A stretch of 63,981 bases of DNA, filler included, from Globobulimina sp. (Eukaryota), in NCBI GenBank assembly GCA_003354225.1. It is 50 parts of 50 records of this genome, joined end to end, with 100 filler letters (N's around TTAATTAATTAA, not from the genome) between each part and the next. Parts side by side here need not be neighbours in the genome. Positions count along the whole stretch, not along the records: positions 1 to 1,183 come from PIVH01021474.1; positions 1,284 to 2,466 come from PIVH01021475.1; positions 2,567 to 3,749 come from PIVH01021476.1; positions 3,850 to 5,032 come from PIVH01021477.1; positions 5,133 to 6,315 come from PIVH01021478.1; positions 6,416 to 7,598 come from PIVH01021479.1; positions 7,699 to 8,880 come from PIVH01021480.1; positions 8,981 to 10,162 come from PIVH01021481.1; 42 more parts are not named here. The stretch is one strand, 5' to 3'. Each line of letters starts with the position of its first letter. The first letter of the stretch is position 1. A model generated the notes under the pieces. That model was not told where the DNA came from and searched no databases. It saw nothing but the letters and a program-made list of their open reading frames with translations. Both the position numbers and the translations under genes were made by a program. Below, piece by piece: positions 1 to 10,262 of this stretch.

Positions 1-705
1 ACGTCGGGAACTGTATTGATGACTGGAAGCAATAGAGGATTGGGATTGGAATTTTGTGCTCAACTTATTCAAAAGGAATATAAAGTATTTGCCTGCTGTA
101 GAAATCCTAACGAAGCCACAGATTTGCAAGATTTGCAAAAAAAAGCAAGACAAAATCAATTAATTATCCAAGAACTAGATTCGGCAAATGATGATCATAT
201 TTCTTTATTGTCAAATACATTGAAAGATATTCCCATTGATATTTTACTTTTGAATGCCGGAACTAAGGGAAGTATAACAAACCACACACTTGGTTTGCTG
301 CAAAGAGATGATATATTGGATACCGTCAATATAAATTGTGTCGGGCCACTACTGATTGCTCAGTCATTGTTTGAAAATGTAAAATTGTCGAAAAGGAAAC
401 AAATTGTTGGTATTACGTCTCGAATGGGATCAATTGCTGATAATACTGGTGGTGACAGAGTGGCATATCGAGTCAGTAAAACTGCATTGAATGGTGTGTT
501 CCAAGAAATTAAATTAAAAGGAAATGAGTATGGTATACATTCATTATTGTTGCATCCAGGATGGGTCAAGACAAATATGGGTGGTCCAAATGCACAAATA
601 TCCACATCTGAGAGTGTGCAATCAATGCTGAGCGTTATTGATAATTATCAAAACTTAACGAGCGGTGCATGTTATAATTTTGAAGGCAAAATGCTTCCAT
701 GGTGA
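1..705 (+). CDS. Short-chain dehydrogenase/reductase, C-factor (CsgA)-like; 5' end may be truncated
   Basis: TGSNRGLG Rossmann motif, LNAG, YRVSK catalytic YxxSK, LHPGWVKTNMGG, C-terminal LPW; frame open from base 1. Confidence 0.9.
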   Translation, partial: TSGTVLMTGSNRGLGLEFCAQLIQKEYKVFACCRNPNEATDLQDLQKKARQNQLIIQELDSANDDHISLLSNTLKDIPIDILLLNAGTKGSITNHTLGLLQRDDILDTVNINCVGPLLIAQSLFENVKLSKRKQIVGITSRMGSIADNTGGDRVAYRVSKTALNGVFQEIKLKGNEYGIHSLLLHPGWVKTNMGGPNAQISTSESVQSMLSVIDNYQNLTSGACYNFEGKMLPW

Positions 706-946
706 AGCCACAATTAATTTGTCAGAGATGCCTTTGTTAGTTTTACATTGACAAAACACCGATTGGTAAAATTTATCACATAATATTGACATTCTACGAC
801 TCTACGTTAATAATTCCGATGTGCCTGTTTTTTATTTACAATAAATTCTTTCCAACTGATACAACAACAACTTTTCAAATATATCTACATCTACATCAGC
901 ATCAAATTTTTCTAGCGATAATCATAATAAATCCGGAAAATCTACA

Positions 947-1183
947 TCAAATACCATTCTTTCCAAATAATTTATAAAATGTAGGATTTTGAAATAAATT
1001 TAATATCTCATCATACGGCATCGATCCAAACCTAACATATTTAATTAGTAATAACTGCGCAGTAAACGAATGTAAATCGATTCAAAGAGTGATGATAAAT
1101 ACCACAAACATCCAATTAATTGATGATATTCTACAAATGGATATTGATAATATAACCAACCAATTACAACAATTTCTTGTATT
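947..1183 (-). CDS. 3' end of an unknown spliced gene
   Basis: Reads IQEIVVIGWLYYQYPFVEYHQLIGCLW/FGSMPYDEILNLFQNPTFYKLFGKNGI* if a GT-AG intron at about 1032-1102 is removed. Confidence 0.3.
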
Positions 1184-1283
1184 NNNNNNNNNNNNNNNNN
1201 NNNNNNNNNNNNNNNNNNNNNNNNNNNTTAATTAATTAANNNNNNNNNNNNNNNNNNNNNNNNNNNNNNNNNNNNNNNNNNNN
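1184..1283. other. Artificial contig spacer (44 N + TTAATTAATTAA + 44 N); first of 49 identical spacers
   Basis: Identical 100-bp block recurs every ~1282 bp; TTAATTAATTAA gives stops in all six frames; flanking contigs decrease in length from 1183 to 1180. Confidence 0.98.
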
Positions 1284-1544
1284 AATGTCGTTATATTTAA
1301 AATCTTTGGAATGGACTGGTATTGGATATAATGACAAATCATCACCATTCTTATTGTCCGATGAGGTAAATACATTCATGGCCGTTAGGTGTTGTTGTGT
1401 AGTGTTAATATCGTCGCAGGATAACGAAAATAGTAAAGTATATATAGTGATGATAAATAATTGAATACAACATGATATTTGACAAATTGACCTCCAATTT
1501 GAAAATATCCATAAATAGGTTGAGGTTCGTTTGGAAGGCAGCAT
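1284..1544 (-). CDS. N-terminus of a hypothetical membrane-anchored protein (truncated)
   Basis: ATG, short basic tail, one hydrophobic segment, frame open to the contig end. Confidence 0.35.
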
Positions 1545-1598
1545 TATTTTTGAGGTAGGCTGGCAAGACTCAATTTATTCAATTAAACTATCCTTGCA

Positions 1599-2213
1599 CT
1601 AGGATTTATAAAATTTAACAAACACCATGACTCCGACAAATATAAGTAGTCGAACAAGTACTCTCGACCAAATATTTGGCGGTTTATAAGGTACTTTGTA
1701 ATTTTTCCACGGAAAATCAATGCCATTTACATCATTTTGAACAATGGTTCGACCATTTCTTGCAAATACTTCACCAGTTTTACTATCCACAAATATCAAA
1801 CACGGTATGGACTGATTGAGATTTAACCTCGCATTCACATCTTTTCTTCGTTCAGTTTCGTTGAATGATATCGCGAACCAATCTGTATGCATTGAGCCAT
1901 AATATTCATCAAAAGATTCTCTTTCCTTATCCAATGATACCAATACTAATTTCAACGCTTTTTTCTTTTCCATCCAATTTGAATATCTCTCTTTTAATTC
2001 CGGTGTAAATTTGCGACATGGACCACACCAATGAGCTGAAAAATAGATACCAATCACTTCATTATCTTTACTTAAATCTGATAACGCAATTTTGCGACCA
2101 TTTTGATTGATTACATGAGTACCGCCCAATATTTGTTGTATGGTCGATGTCAACAATTCTGTGGTTTCTTTCCCCTCACTATGATCGTTTTTTGTCTTTT
2201 TCTTATTTGACAT
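1599..2213 (-). CDS. Nucleoredoxin/tryparedoxin-like thioredoxin with C-terminal membrane anchor
   Basis: GIYFSAHWCGPCRKFTP active site, VSLD, IPCLIFVD, GIDFPW; hydrophobic C-terminal helix. Confidence 0.9.
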   Translation of the reverse strand: MSNKKKTKNDHSEGKETTELLTSTIQQILGGTHVINQNGRKIALSDLSKDNEVIGIYFSAHWCGPCRKFTPELKERYSNWMEKKKALKLVLVSLDKERESFDEYYGSMHTDWFAISFNETERRKDVNARLNLNQSIPCLIFVDSKTGEVFARNGRTIVQNDVNGIDFPWKNYKVPYKPPNIWSRVLVRLLIFVGVMVFVKFYKS

Positions 2214-2264
2214 CGTTGAAACTCTTTTCGTCAGTACGCCAAGTTAAAAATCACACTTTGCGCA

Positions 2265-2466
2265 ATGTCGTCAACTGATCCTTTGGATTTAATACGCCTA
2301 TCAATTGACGAAAGAGTTTATGTGAAGTGTAGAGGAGGACGAGAAATCCGAGGTAAACTGCATGCGTATGATCCCCATTTAAATATGATACTGGAAGATG
2401 TTGAAGAAACTATAAAGGAAACAGAAATAGACGATTCATCGGGACATGAAAAGACAAAAACAACCA
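2265..2466 (+). CDS. LSM3: U6 snRNA-associated Sm-like protein LSm3 (3' truncated)
   Basis: [44 protein letters not shown] matches the LSm3 Sm1 motif. Confidence 0.93.
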
Positions 2467-2566
2467 NNNNNNNNNNNNNNNNNNNNNNNNNNNNNNNNNN
2501 NNNNNNNNNNTTAATTAATTAANNNNNNNNNNNNNNNNNNNNNNNNNNNNNNNNNNNNNNNNNNNN

Positions 2567-3749
2567 ATGTGTTGGCAAAGCAAATTATAATCGATTTAGA
2601 AAAGACAACATTGGCATGATAATTATATTAAAATCAATGAAAAATCCAAAATTAAAAGTCATCGCTGCCAATACGCACTTATATTGGAACCCAAATATGA
2701 AAGATGTTAAATTATTTCAAACGTCTTCTTTTTTAAATTCTATTCAATGGGTCATAAATACACACAAATTGCACAAAGAAAATTATAAAATTATAATTGG
2801 TGGTGACTTTAATTCAAAACCAATGTCAAATGTTTACAAATTTGTTATTGACGGATTTATAAACATTAATATCAATAATAATGAGTCAGCTGAATGCGAA
2901 GCAAAAACAAATGATAATATACAATTAAATAATGACAATATGAAAATAAAAAATAGCAATATATTGCGCATTATTTGTGACCGAGATTTGCGTAAAACAG
3001 CGCAATGGTTAGCTTTAATGGAGATAGATTCAGCATATTTTAGTGGCAATTCAACCAAAAATTATATGAAATTGTTTTCCATCGCAAAGCGAGAAAATAG
3101 GATAATTATTACACGAAATACACAAATAATTTCACGCAGTGAATGTCCCAAATTTTTGTTAATTGGAGCTCGTGAGACCCAACGCCAAGCATACAAACAT
3201 GTCGTTAATTATTTTGGAATTAAAGTTGATTTCAAACAAAAACAATGCCGGGAAAACATTTTAAATTGTTTAAAATGTCCAAAATGTTTGGAATCGTTGA
3301 AACAAACAACATTGACGGACATAAAACATTTATTAACAAATGATCGCAATCCTTATTTATTGGAAGGTAAAACATGCAAAGGAATACCATTAGAATTTTA
3401 TCAATGTGTTAGCAAAGAATGTGCGCATTTGGCGTATCATAGACAGGGATGGCTGGATAGATTACATTGTCGGAGACAGCAGCATTACAATGGTACAGTT
3501 GCAACAATTGCAACCAAAAAAAATAGTAATAATAAATATAAGACGACTGCACAAATATTGAAAGATCACATTTATCGAAAACGGAGGCCCATTATCATCG
3601 GGATTGAAATTATGGAAGGTTCACTAAAAAAATATGATCGGATGTTTGCTATAAAAAAGGACGTCGACAATGAGGAGAATAATATTTTAGATTTAGGATT
3701 ATTGTCAGAAATGGAATGTGATAATAAAAAAATATTAGTTGCTAAGAAA
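2567..3749 (+). CDS. CCR4/Angel/PDE12-like EEP nuclease fragment followed in frame by a Mut7-C (PIN-like + Zn ribbon) domain; both ends truncated
   Basis: RKDNIG..ANTHLYWNP..KLFQ..GGDFNS EEP motifs; then ICDRDLRKTAQWL..ID, AKRENRIIITRN, CPKC, FYQC..C Mut7-C motifs (~2964-3440). Confidence 0.8.
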
Positions 3750-4546
3750 NNNNNNNNNNNNNNNNNNNNNNNNNNNNNNNNNNNNNNNNNNNNTTAATTA
3801 ATTAANNNNNNNNNNNNNNNNNNNNNNNNNNNNNNNNNNNNNNNNNNNNAAAATTGTCCGAATGCACAACATAAACATTTCGCCGGGGCTGGACGATGAG
3901 TTATGCTCTGTGTATTCATTAATATCCAAATTACCACTTTATTATATACAAATTACCAATCTATTATATCCCATTACAAATCGTTCAATTTACAATCTGT
4001 TTTTCTGTTTATTCGTACCATTGTCATTTATCATTTATATATCTTATAATAATGTCGTCGTCTTTTTTGTTTTTGTTTCCTACTTATAGCGATATTATGT
4101 CTTTGTATTCTCAACTTTGAGTGGGTGTGTTTGTTGGCTTTCCTTTTAATTTAAATTACACCGCAACTTGGTTTAGGCGAAACGCTGAGAGTTGTTATGA
4201 GTTCCAATAAAAGTCGCAGGCTCTGTTTACGCAGTCAACACTGCTGAGAGTTGGAAACGGCAGATTGAACTTTGGTGTATAGGGAGGCGTAGAAGGTAGC
4301 ATTACAGTTTGTACACTGCGGGTTTTTTGTTACTGTGGTAGTCTGAGTAATGGGCTTTTCTCGCTCTCGTAAGGGATGGGGTAGGATACCACCAGCTCTG
4401 TTTATTGTGAGCTGTGAATTGGAGTGTGTGCGTTTGTGTATTTGCATAGGACTTTGCGTAACATCTGACGTATCGCAAGTTGTGTGCTTACTGTTGAGAT
4501 AACTCATATGGTATTATGTCATCAATGTTAATCAGGCACAGAACGT

Positions 4547-5032
4547 ATGATTATGGCGGCTTTCTATGCCGCATATCAGAAATCCACATATTTTGTGTCG
4601 CCTTTGGTCAAAGCGAATTATGTATGGTTCGTGGAGATACTCCCGTTTATTATTCAGCACAGTGATGAGGCGAAATATCAATATTTGTGTTTCATTAATC
4701 AACATTATTTGAAATATGGCTGGGAGTTAGGTATTGAGAATGTGGCCAATAAGCCTATGAACATGAAGACCTATGATATCTATGATATTGGTCGGAAGGA
4801 GCGATTAGTGATCGCACAGGATCTCACTAAAGATATGTGCATTGGGAAGTGTATTGGTTGGGTTGGTGCGGTGAAAGGTTGTGTCCCGCAGTTTGTACGA
4901 CCAAAAGACGTGGATCCAATCACAGGTGAGATTTTCTCGTATCGTGTCATTCGGGATGGCACTAAAGGCACTGTGCAGAATCCCTCCATCAATATGTTGA
5001 CCCCAGACAGCAAAGCCAATATCGATTTGATG
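4547..5032 (+). mobile_element. N-terminal part of the reverse transcriptase of an Ngaro/DIRS-like YR retrotransposon
   Basis: LKYGWELG...VPQFVRPK...YRVIRDGT...PSINML resembles the VPK..K(F/Y)RLI.D.S...SVN opening of DIRS/Ngaro RTs. Confidence 0.65.
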
Positions 5033-5267
5033 NNNNNNNNNNNNNNNNNNNNNNNNNNNNNNNNNNNNNNNNNNNNTTAATTAATTAANNNNNNNNNNNN
5101 NNNNNNNNNNNNNNNNNNNNNNNNNNNNNNNNATGAACTGGTAAATGTGTCCAAATGTTATGTGTATAATTTGAGTTTCTGATACGACCTAAAAATTATA
5201 TACAAATTTATTATGTGCTTTGAAATATGTGCCATAAGTGATTATAATGTGTGTTGTCAATGGCAAA

Positions 5268-6315
5268 TTATAGAAACGAAATATCAGGAAAAATAAAAGG
5301 AGTTGGTTTATCATCAAAATCTGTTAAATTACGTGAGCTGCAATGTGATAGAAACTTAGCTATATCGAAACGTGATAAATCATCTGCATACAGATTTTCT
5401 TTTGTTTTTATGTAATTTATTTTAACTCTTAACTTGTATTCAAAACAAAACCATACTGTCCATCTCACGCAGTCCATTAAGAACATATCATTCGTATTTT
5501 TAGAAATAAAAATTGCTTCACAATGTTGATTATCACAACGAAGATTAATATCAATATTTTGTTTAAAATAATGTTTAAATGTCCATAGTGCTGCCACTAT
5601 GGCTAATGCCTCAAAATGAGCAATATGCTGTTCTTGAGTATATAAAATGGTTTTGTCTTTGTTCAAATACTTGGAATATATCGTCATGAATTGTGCTGGA
5701 ACTGTATTAAAAGCCCAATGACCTTCAAAATACGCACCAATTCCAGGCTGCCAATTGGGTTTCTCACCATTTGTGGCGCCATCGGTATATAAATTTACTT
5801 TTGGTCTATTACCAAATCCAACGACATCATATATATTGACACGATCGCAAATATACATATATTTAATCCACAAATTTGCGTCTTTAATTTCATGCTCACA
5901 AAAATTCATCAATGTAATCTCATCACCATAAATACGTTTATGTGCCGTAAGTTTCATCCTCATTCTACGTAAAAAAGCCGTGCCAGGCCACATAAGAGCT
6001 GCCATCCACGTCAATGTTCCCATTAATGATTCATACTTATCACTCATTAACATTCTGCAGCTGACGATTATAATTAATATTAATAGACATTTCTTCTTTT
6101 TATCCGGACCAGGTCCGACTGTCATGTCTGTGGAGTCATAAATTAATCCACAAACTTCCATAATCCACGATACTAATTTGCGTTTTTCCTCTTTTTCAAT
6201 ATAACCGCATGAATTGAGGAATTCAAAAAATTTGTTCATCAAAAATGACTCTCGTTTGCGATTCGAGAAAGGGAATGATTTTATAAAACCAATATGATCG
6301 TCGATATACACCAAA
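5268..6315 (-). mobile_element. RT C-terminus plus RNase H of an Ngaro/DIRS-like retrotransposon
   Basis: VYIDD RT motif, CGLIYDS, GTLTWMA; RNase H motifs LYTDGA, IAHFEALA, CDN, NLYADDLSR; stop follows directly with no methyltransferase domain. Confidence 0.9.
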
Positions 6316-6415
6316 NNNNNNNNNNNNNNNNNNNNNNNNNNNNNNNNNNNNNNNNNNNNTTAATTAATTAANNNNNNNNNNNNNNNNNNNNNNNNNNNNN
6401 NNNNNNNNNNNNNNN

Positions 6416-6689
6416 ATAAATCATATTCTAATTTAAAAATGCATTCTCTGCGAAACTGCCATGCGGTGTAATTGGCTGCATTTAAATTTATTACTTTTTC
6501 TGTTAATTTTAATGCACGTTTTGAGATTTCGTTTTTATGAATTACTGCACGAAAATAATTATGCACATCACTGAATGTCTTTGAATATCGTATTGCGACT
6601 ATTGGGTTTGGTCCATCATCTTGGCAAATTGGCACTAAATCTGCATACTCTGGGTCGTTTGTTATAGGCACTTCCGCGAAGTCCGCCAT
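6416..6689 (-). CDS. FNTA: Protein farnesyltransferase/GGTase-I alpha subunit (3' truncated)
   Basis: PICQDDGPNPIVAIRYS..YFRA..E.SKRAL.LT..I.LNAANYTAWQFRR. Confidence 0.93.
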
Positions 6690-6735
6690 GATTGAAGTTC
6701 ACACACTTCCTTTTTAAAAAACGAGCTTGGTGGTG

Positions 6736-7413
6736 ATGAGATCGATAAAACAAGCCATTCCGTCTCCGTATATATTTAATATTAATCGAACAGCTTTAAT
6801 TATGATTGATTTCCAACGCTGTTTTATGGAATCGAATGGATTTGCAGAATTATTGGGACATAATGTGTCTATATTACATGATGCCGTTGAACCAGCAAAG
6901 AATATATTAAACATTGCACGAAGACATAATATGATGATATTCCATACAATGTATTCATATAAAGATGATTTAACAGATTGTCCATCATCAAGACAACAAC
7001 TGAATGATCAATATAATATCGGTGATTATGGACCATTGGAAACGGGAAGAATTGGAATCCGAAATGAATATAATACAAATATTATTGATCAATTATCGCC
7101 ATTAAATAATTCAAATGAAATATTAATATATAAACCAGGATTTGGTGCATTTTATGAAACGAATTTAAATGAACATTTAATAAATAACTCAATCACTCAT
7201 TTATTCTTTGCTGGTGTTACTACAGAAATTTGTGTTGAAACAACAATACGAGAGGCAAATGACAGAGGATATGAATGTTTATTATTAGATGATGCAACGT
7301 CAAGTTATTATCCTCAATTTAAAGAAAATACGATTAAAACCATAACATCACATAATGGCATTATTGCCAAAACTGCAAAAACAAATGATGCTATACAAGC
7401 AATGACCACATAA
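6736..7413 (+). CDS. Isochorismatase-family cysteine hydrolase, triuret/biuret hydrolase (TrtA/BiuH)-like
   Basis: IDFQ catalytic Asp, KPG catalytic Lys, GVTTEICV catalytic Cys, REANDRGY, IGD.GP.GR, SSYYPQF; no introns. Confidence 0.85.
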   Translation: MRSIKQAIPSPYIFNINRTALIMIDFQRCFMESNGFAELLGHNVSILHDAVEPAKNILNIARRHNMMIFHTMYSYKDDLTDCPSSRQQLNDQYNIGDYGPLETGRIGIRNEYNTNIIDQLSPLNNSNEILIYKPGFGAFYETNLNEHLINNSITHLFFAGVTTEICVETTIREANDRGYECLLLDDATSSYYPQFKENTIKTITSHNGIIAKTAKTNDAIQAMTT

Positions 7414-7698
7414 ATAAAATAATACCATAACAAAAAAATGAAATAAAATGCATTGTATGCTAATTCTATATTTTGCTTGTTTTTAGTTGATATAGTTTAG
7501 AGTTAGATTTAGATTTAGATTAATTTAACAGAAACATGTGAATAAAAAACACAACGTTTAGCAATGGTGTGTACATAACACAAAAAAGAAAAAGTCCANN
7601 NNNNNNNNNNNNNNNNNNNNNNNNNNNNNNNNNNNNNNNNNNTTAATTAATTAANNNNNNNNNNNNNNNNNNNNNNNNNNNNNNNNNNNNNNNNNNNN

Positions 7699-8641
7699 AA
7701 GCAGAAGAAATAAGGGATTTTTTAGAGTATGCAGACGACGAAGAATTTATTGCAGATAAAGTTGCAATGATATTGGGGTTAAATGGTTGTTTTCGCCCCG
7801 TCGATTATACCATGTTATTCCATCATAAATCCGATGATGAAAAAGTTATCGTTTTCGACAATAGTTAAGTTTTTGTATATTTTTATCTATTTATTTTAAT
7901 ATAATACACATATTTAACAGCAACAAAATATGGATCAAAGAATAATGGAATGCCGCGATCGCGGAAACTTATTAGATTTTATTATTGGAAGAAGAAAACA
8001 AAGAAGTTTACAAATTTTATTATTACAAACAAGAAGTCGGTGGATTTATTATTGAAATATTTTAAAACGACGAAGAAATATTGGAATGAAAAAGGCACAA
8101 TTTATGGTTCAAGAGTTTTGTGGCAAAGAAGAGGACGAAAAGGCGGTGGATATCAACATTTCCATCAACCGCTCGGTAAGGGATATTTTTATGAGAATAC
8201 GAAGAAAATTGCGCGGCATTTGGGGCTATTAAATTGGTGGCGGTATACTGGACATACAATACGACGGTCGGCGGCATCACATTATTGCGAATCTGATGTA
8301 TGTCTATGTTTATATTATCTGTTTTTATTTGAAAACATATTAAAAACACATATAAATCACAGGTAACATTATTACAATTAAAGAAATTTGGAGGATGGAG
8401 AAGTGATAAAACTGCAGAGTCATATTATGATAATTCGGTGCGGAACAAAGAAAAGGATGCGGCTATAATGAATCAAGTGATATTTGATGATGTGGAAGAT
8501 GAGGAAACTAGGAAAGAAAGGGAAAAGCAAGAAATTTCAAATCATAACACGAATAATAATGGCAATGGCAATGGGAATAATGGCAATGGGAATGGCAAAT
8601 ATTCAAATTGTAGCTTTTCGAATTGTAATTTTTATGGATGA
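7699..8641 (+). mobile_element. Crypton-type tyrosine recombinase with two introns (7864-7920, 8298-8362); 5' truncated
   Basis: Spliced product: EEIRDFLEYADDEEFIADKVAMILGLNGCFR...YTGHTIRRSAAS...LKKFGGWRSDKTAESYYDNS...NCSFSNCNF; catalytic R, HxxR, W, Y present; both introns GT-AG and frame-restoring. Confidence 0.85.
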
Positions 8642-8711
8642 AATTGGTTTTTTTTGTAAGTAAGTTTTTTGTTTGTGTTTTGCTATTTATTTCGTTTCCA
8701 TTTTATCTATG

Positions 8712-8741
8712 TAATAAAATAGAAACGTTTCTATTTTATTA
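8712..8741. repeat. Perfect 30-bp palindrome downstream of the recombinase
   Basis: TAATAAAATAGAAAC|GTTTCTATTTTATTA. Confidence 0.9.
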
Positions 8742-8980
8742 GGTATTGAAGCAATAAAGTCAGTTTTATAGTAGTCAAATAAAAGTTTTTTATAGGCGTT
8801 TTTTGGGATAAAATACTAAAAACTTGTGAATGATAAATATAAAAAAATACCGTTTCTGGTATGGATTTAGTTTCTGTCGTNNNNNNNNNNNNNNNNNNNN
8901 NNNNNNNNNNNNNNNNNNNNNNNNTTAATTAATTAANNNNNNNNNNNNNNNNNNNNNNNNNNNNNNNNNNNNNNNNNNNN

Positions 8981-9777
8981 TCACATTCCAAATTTTCTCC
9001 ATTGGCAGCAAAGATGTCATTAATGTCAGAGTCTACAACATTTTCCAGCATATCTGCACCATCCCCACCTAGACTCTGACCTTGTTCACATGGATCAGTG
9101 GGACAGTGGATGATTTGAATTGACCCGGTGCTGGCTTCACCATCAGCACATGACAAATTGAGTGTACCTGACTCCTCTTCTCCATTCAACAGACACTCAT
9201 GATTGATCAATGCTTCAGACAGTTCTTTCAGTCTCACTTCACCTTTGGCAACAAACACATCAACAAGTGTTCCATAGGAAGGAGGTAAACTGTGCAACAA
9301 AATAGCAACTTGATCTTGCTCATCAACAGGGGCATCCAAAACAGCTAACCTTTGAGCGAGTTCATTGAGCTCTTTGATATGGCATTGCATGGACTGACTT
9401 GACTGCATTTCGAAACCAAACAATTGACACTTCAGATCCATCTTATTGGGCAAAGATGATCGTTCAAAATGACCAAGCAACACTGTCCAAGCTTCATAGG
9501 GAGTGGTGACATTATGGGATACAAACAGATTGAGAAACTGTGTTGATACTGTCTGACACAAAATAGACATGACACGGGCATTATTAACAACATAGTCCTC
9601 CTGTCGATTAACAAAAGTAGGAACGTCCTCACCGGTATTCCGCACAGGGGGAACCACATGTCCAACACACAGACGCCACAGTCTTTTCACAATTAAGTAA
9701 TTTCTGATTTGCATCTTCCATATGGGCCAATTGTCACGGGTAAGTTTGTCAATGTTAGGCAGTATGTCTTCGTCCAT
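8981..9777 (-). mobile_element. Ty1/copia gag (DUF4219 + UBN2-like), 3' truncated
   Basis: IDKLTRDNWPIWKMQIRNYL...LW, AWTVL, ILLHSLPPSY, EALINHE. Confidence 0.88.
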
Positions 9778-10098
9778 GACTGTAACACAATCAACCAGCC
9801 ACAAATGTTCCAACAAACAATAGGAACTTCAAAGAGAAGACAACAGAGCAGTGAAAACGACTTATCTGGGACTTGTTTAGACAGAAATACGAAAATCACG
9901 CTTCCACATTCAACAGTGACCGATATCCAAACACAAATGAAATGGCAATCGCGTCGGCAAAATAAACCACAGAAAAATCCACAAATGTCCGAAATAATGT
10001 TTTACGAATCTTCAACAATCAGGGCAGACGACAGAAAAGAGTCTCCTTTGTCAGATTGAGAAAACAAAATTCTTGAGGACGGTTAGAATAGCTACTAA

Positions 10099-10112
10099 CT
10101 GGGCCCATAACC
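10099..10112 (-). promoter_or_regulatory. Copia primer-binding site GGTTATGGGCCCAG
   Basis: Canonical copia-type PBS, 2 bp after an LTR-like ...CTAACA end and upstream of gag. Confidence 0.85.
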
Positions 10113-10114
10113 CA

Positions 10115-10162
10115 TGTTAGGATTTGATTGTGAGTTATAATGATGTGAAGTGATTATAATAA
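10115..10162 (-). mobile_element. 3' end of the copia 5' LTR
   Basis: Ends in ...CCTAACA just before the PBS; rest cut off by the contig end. Confidence 0.65.
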
Positions 10163-10262
10163 NNNNNNNNNNNNNNNNNNNNNNNNNNNNNNNNNNNNNN
10201 NNNNNNTTAATTAATTAANNNNNNNNNNNNNNNNNNNNNNNNNNNNNNNNNNNNNNNNNNNN

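Noticed and set aside
1228-1239. TTAATTAATTAA palindrome repeated 49 times at regular spacing (CRISPR-like or regulatory array)
   Set aside because: Always centred in N runs; it is an artificial six-frame-stop linker
1236-1544. ORFs ending in X runs or ...LIN
   Set aside because: These ends come from translating through the spacer; the genes are truncated by contig edges
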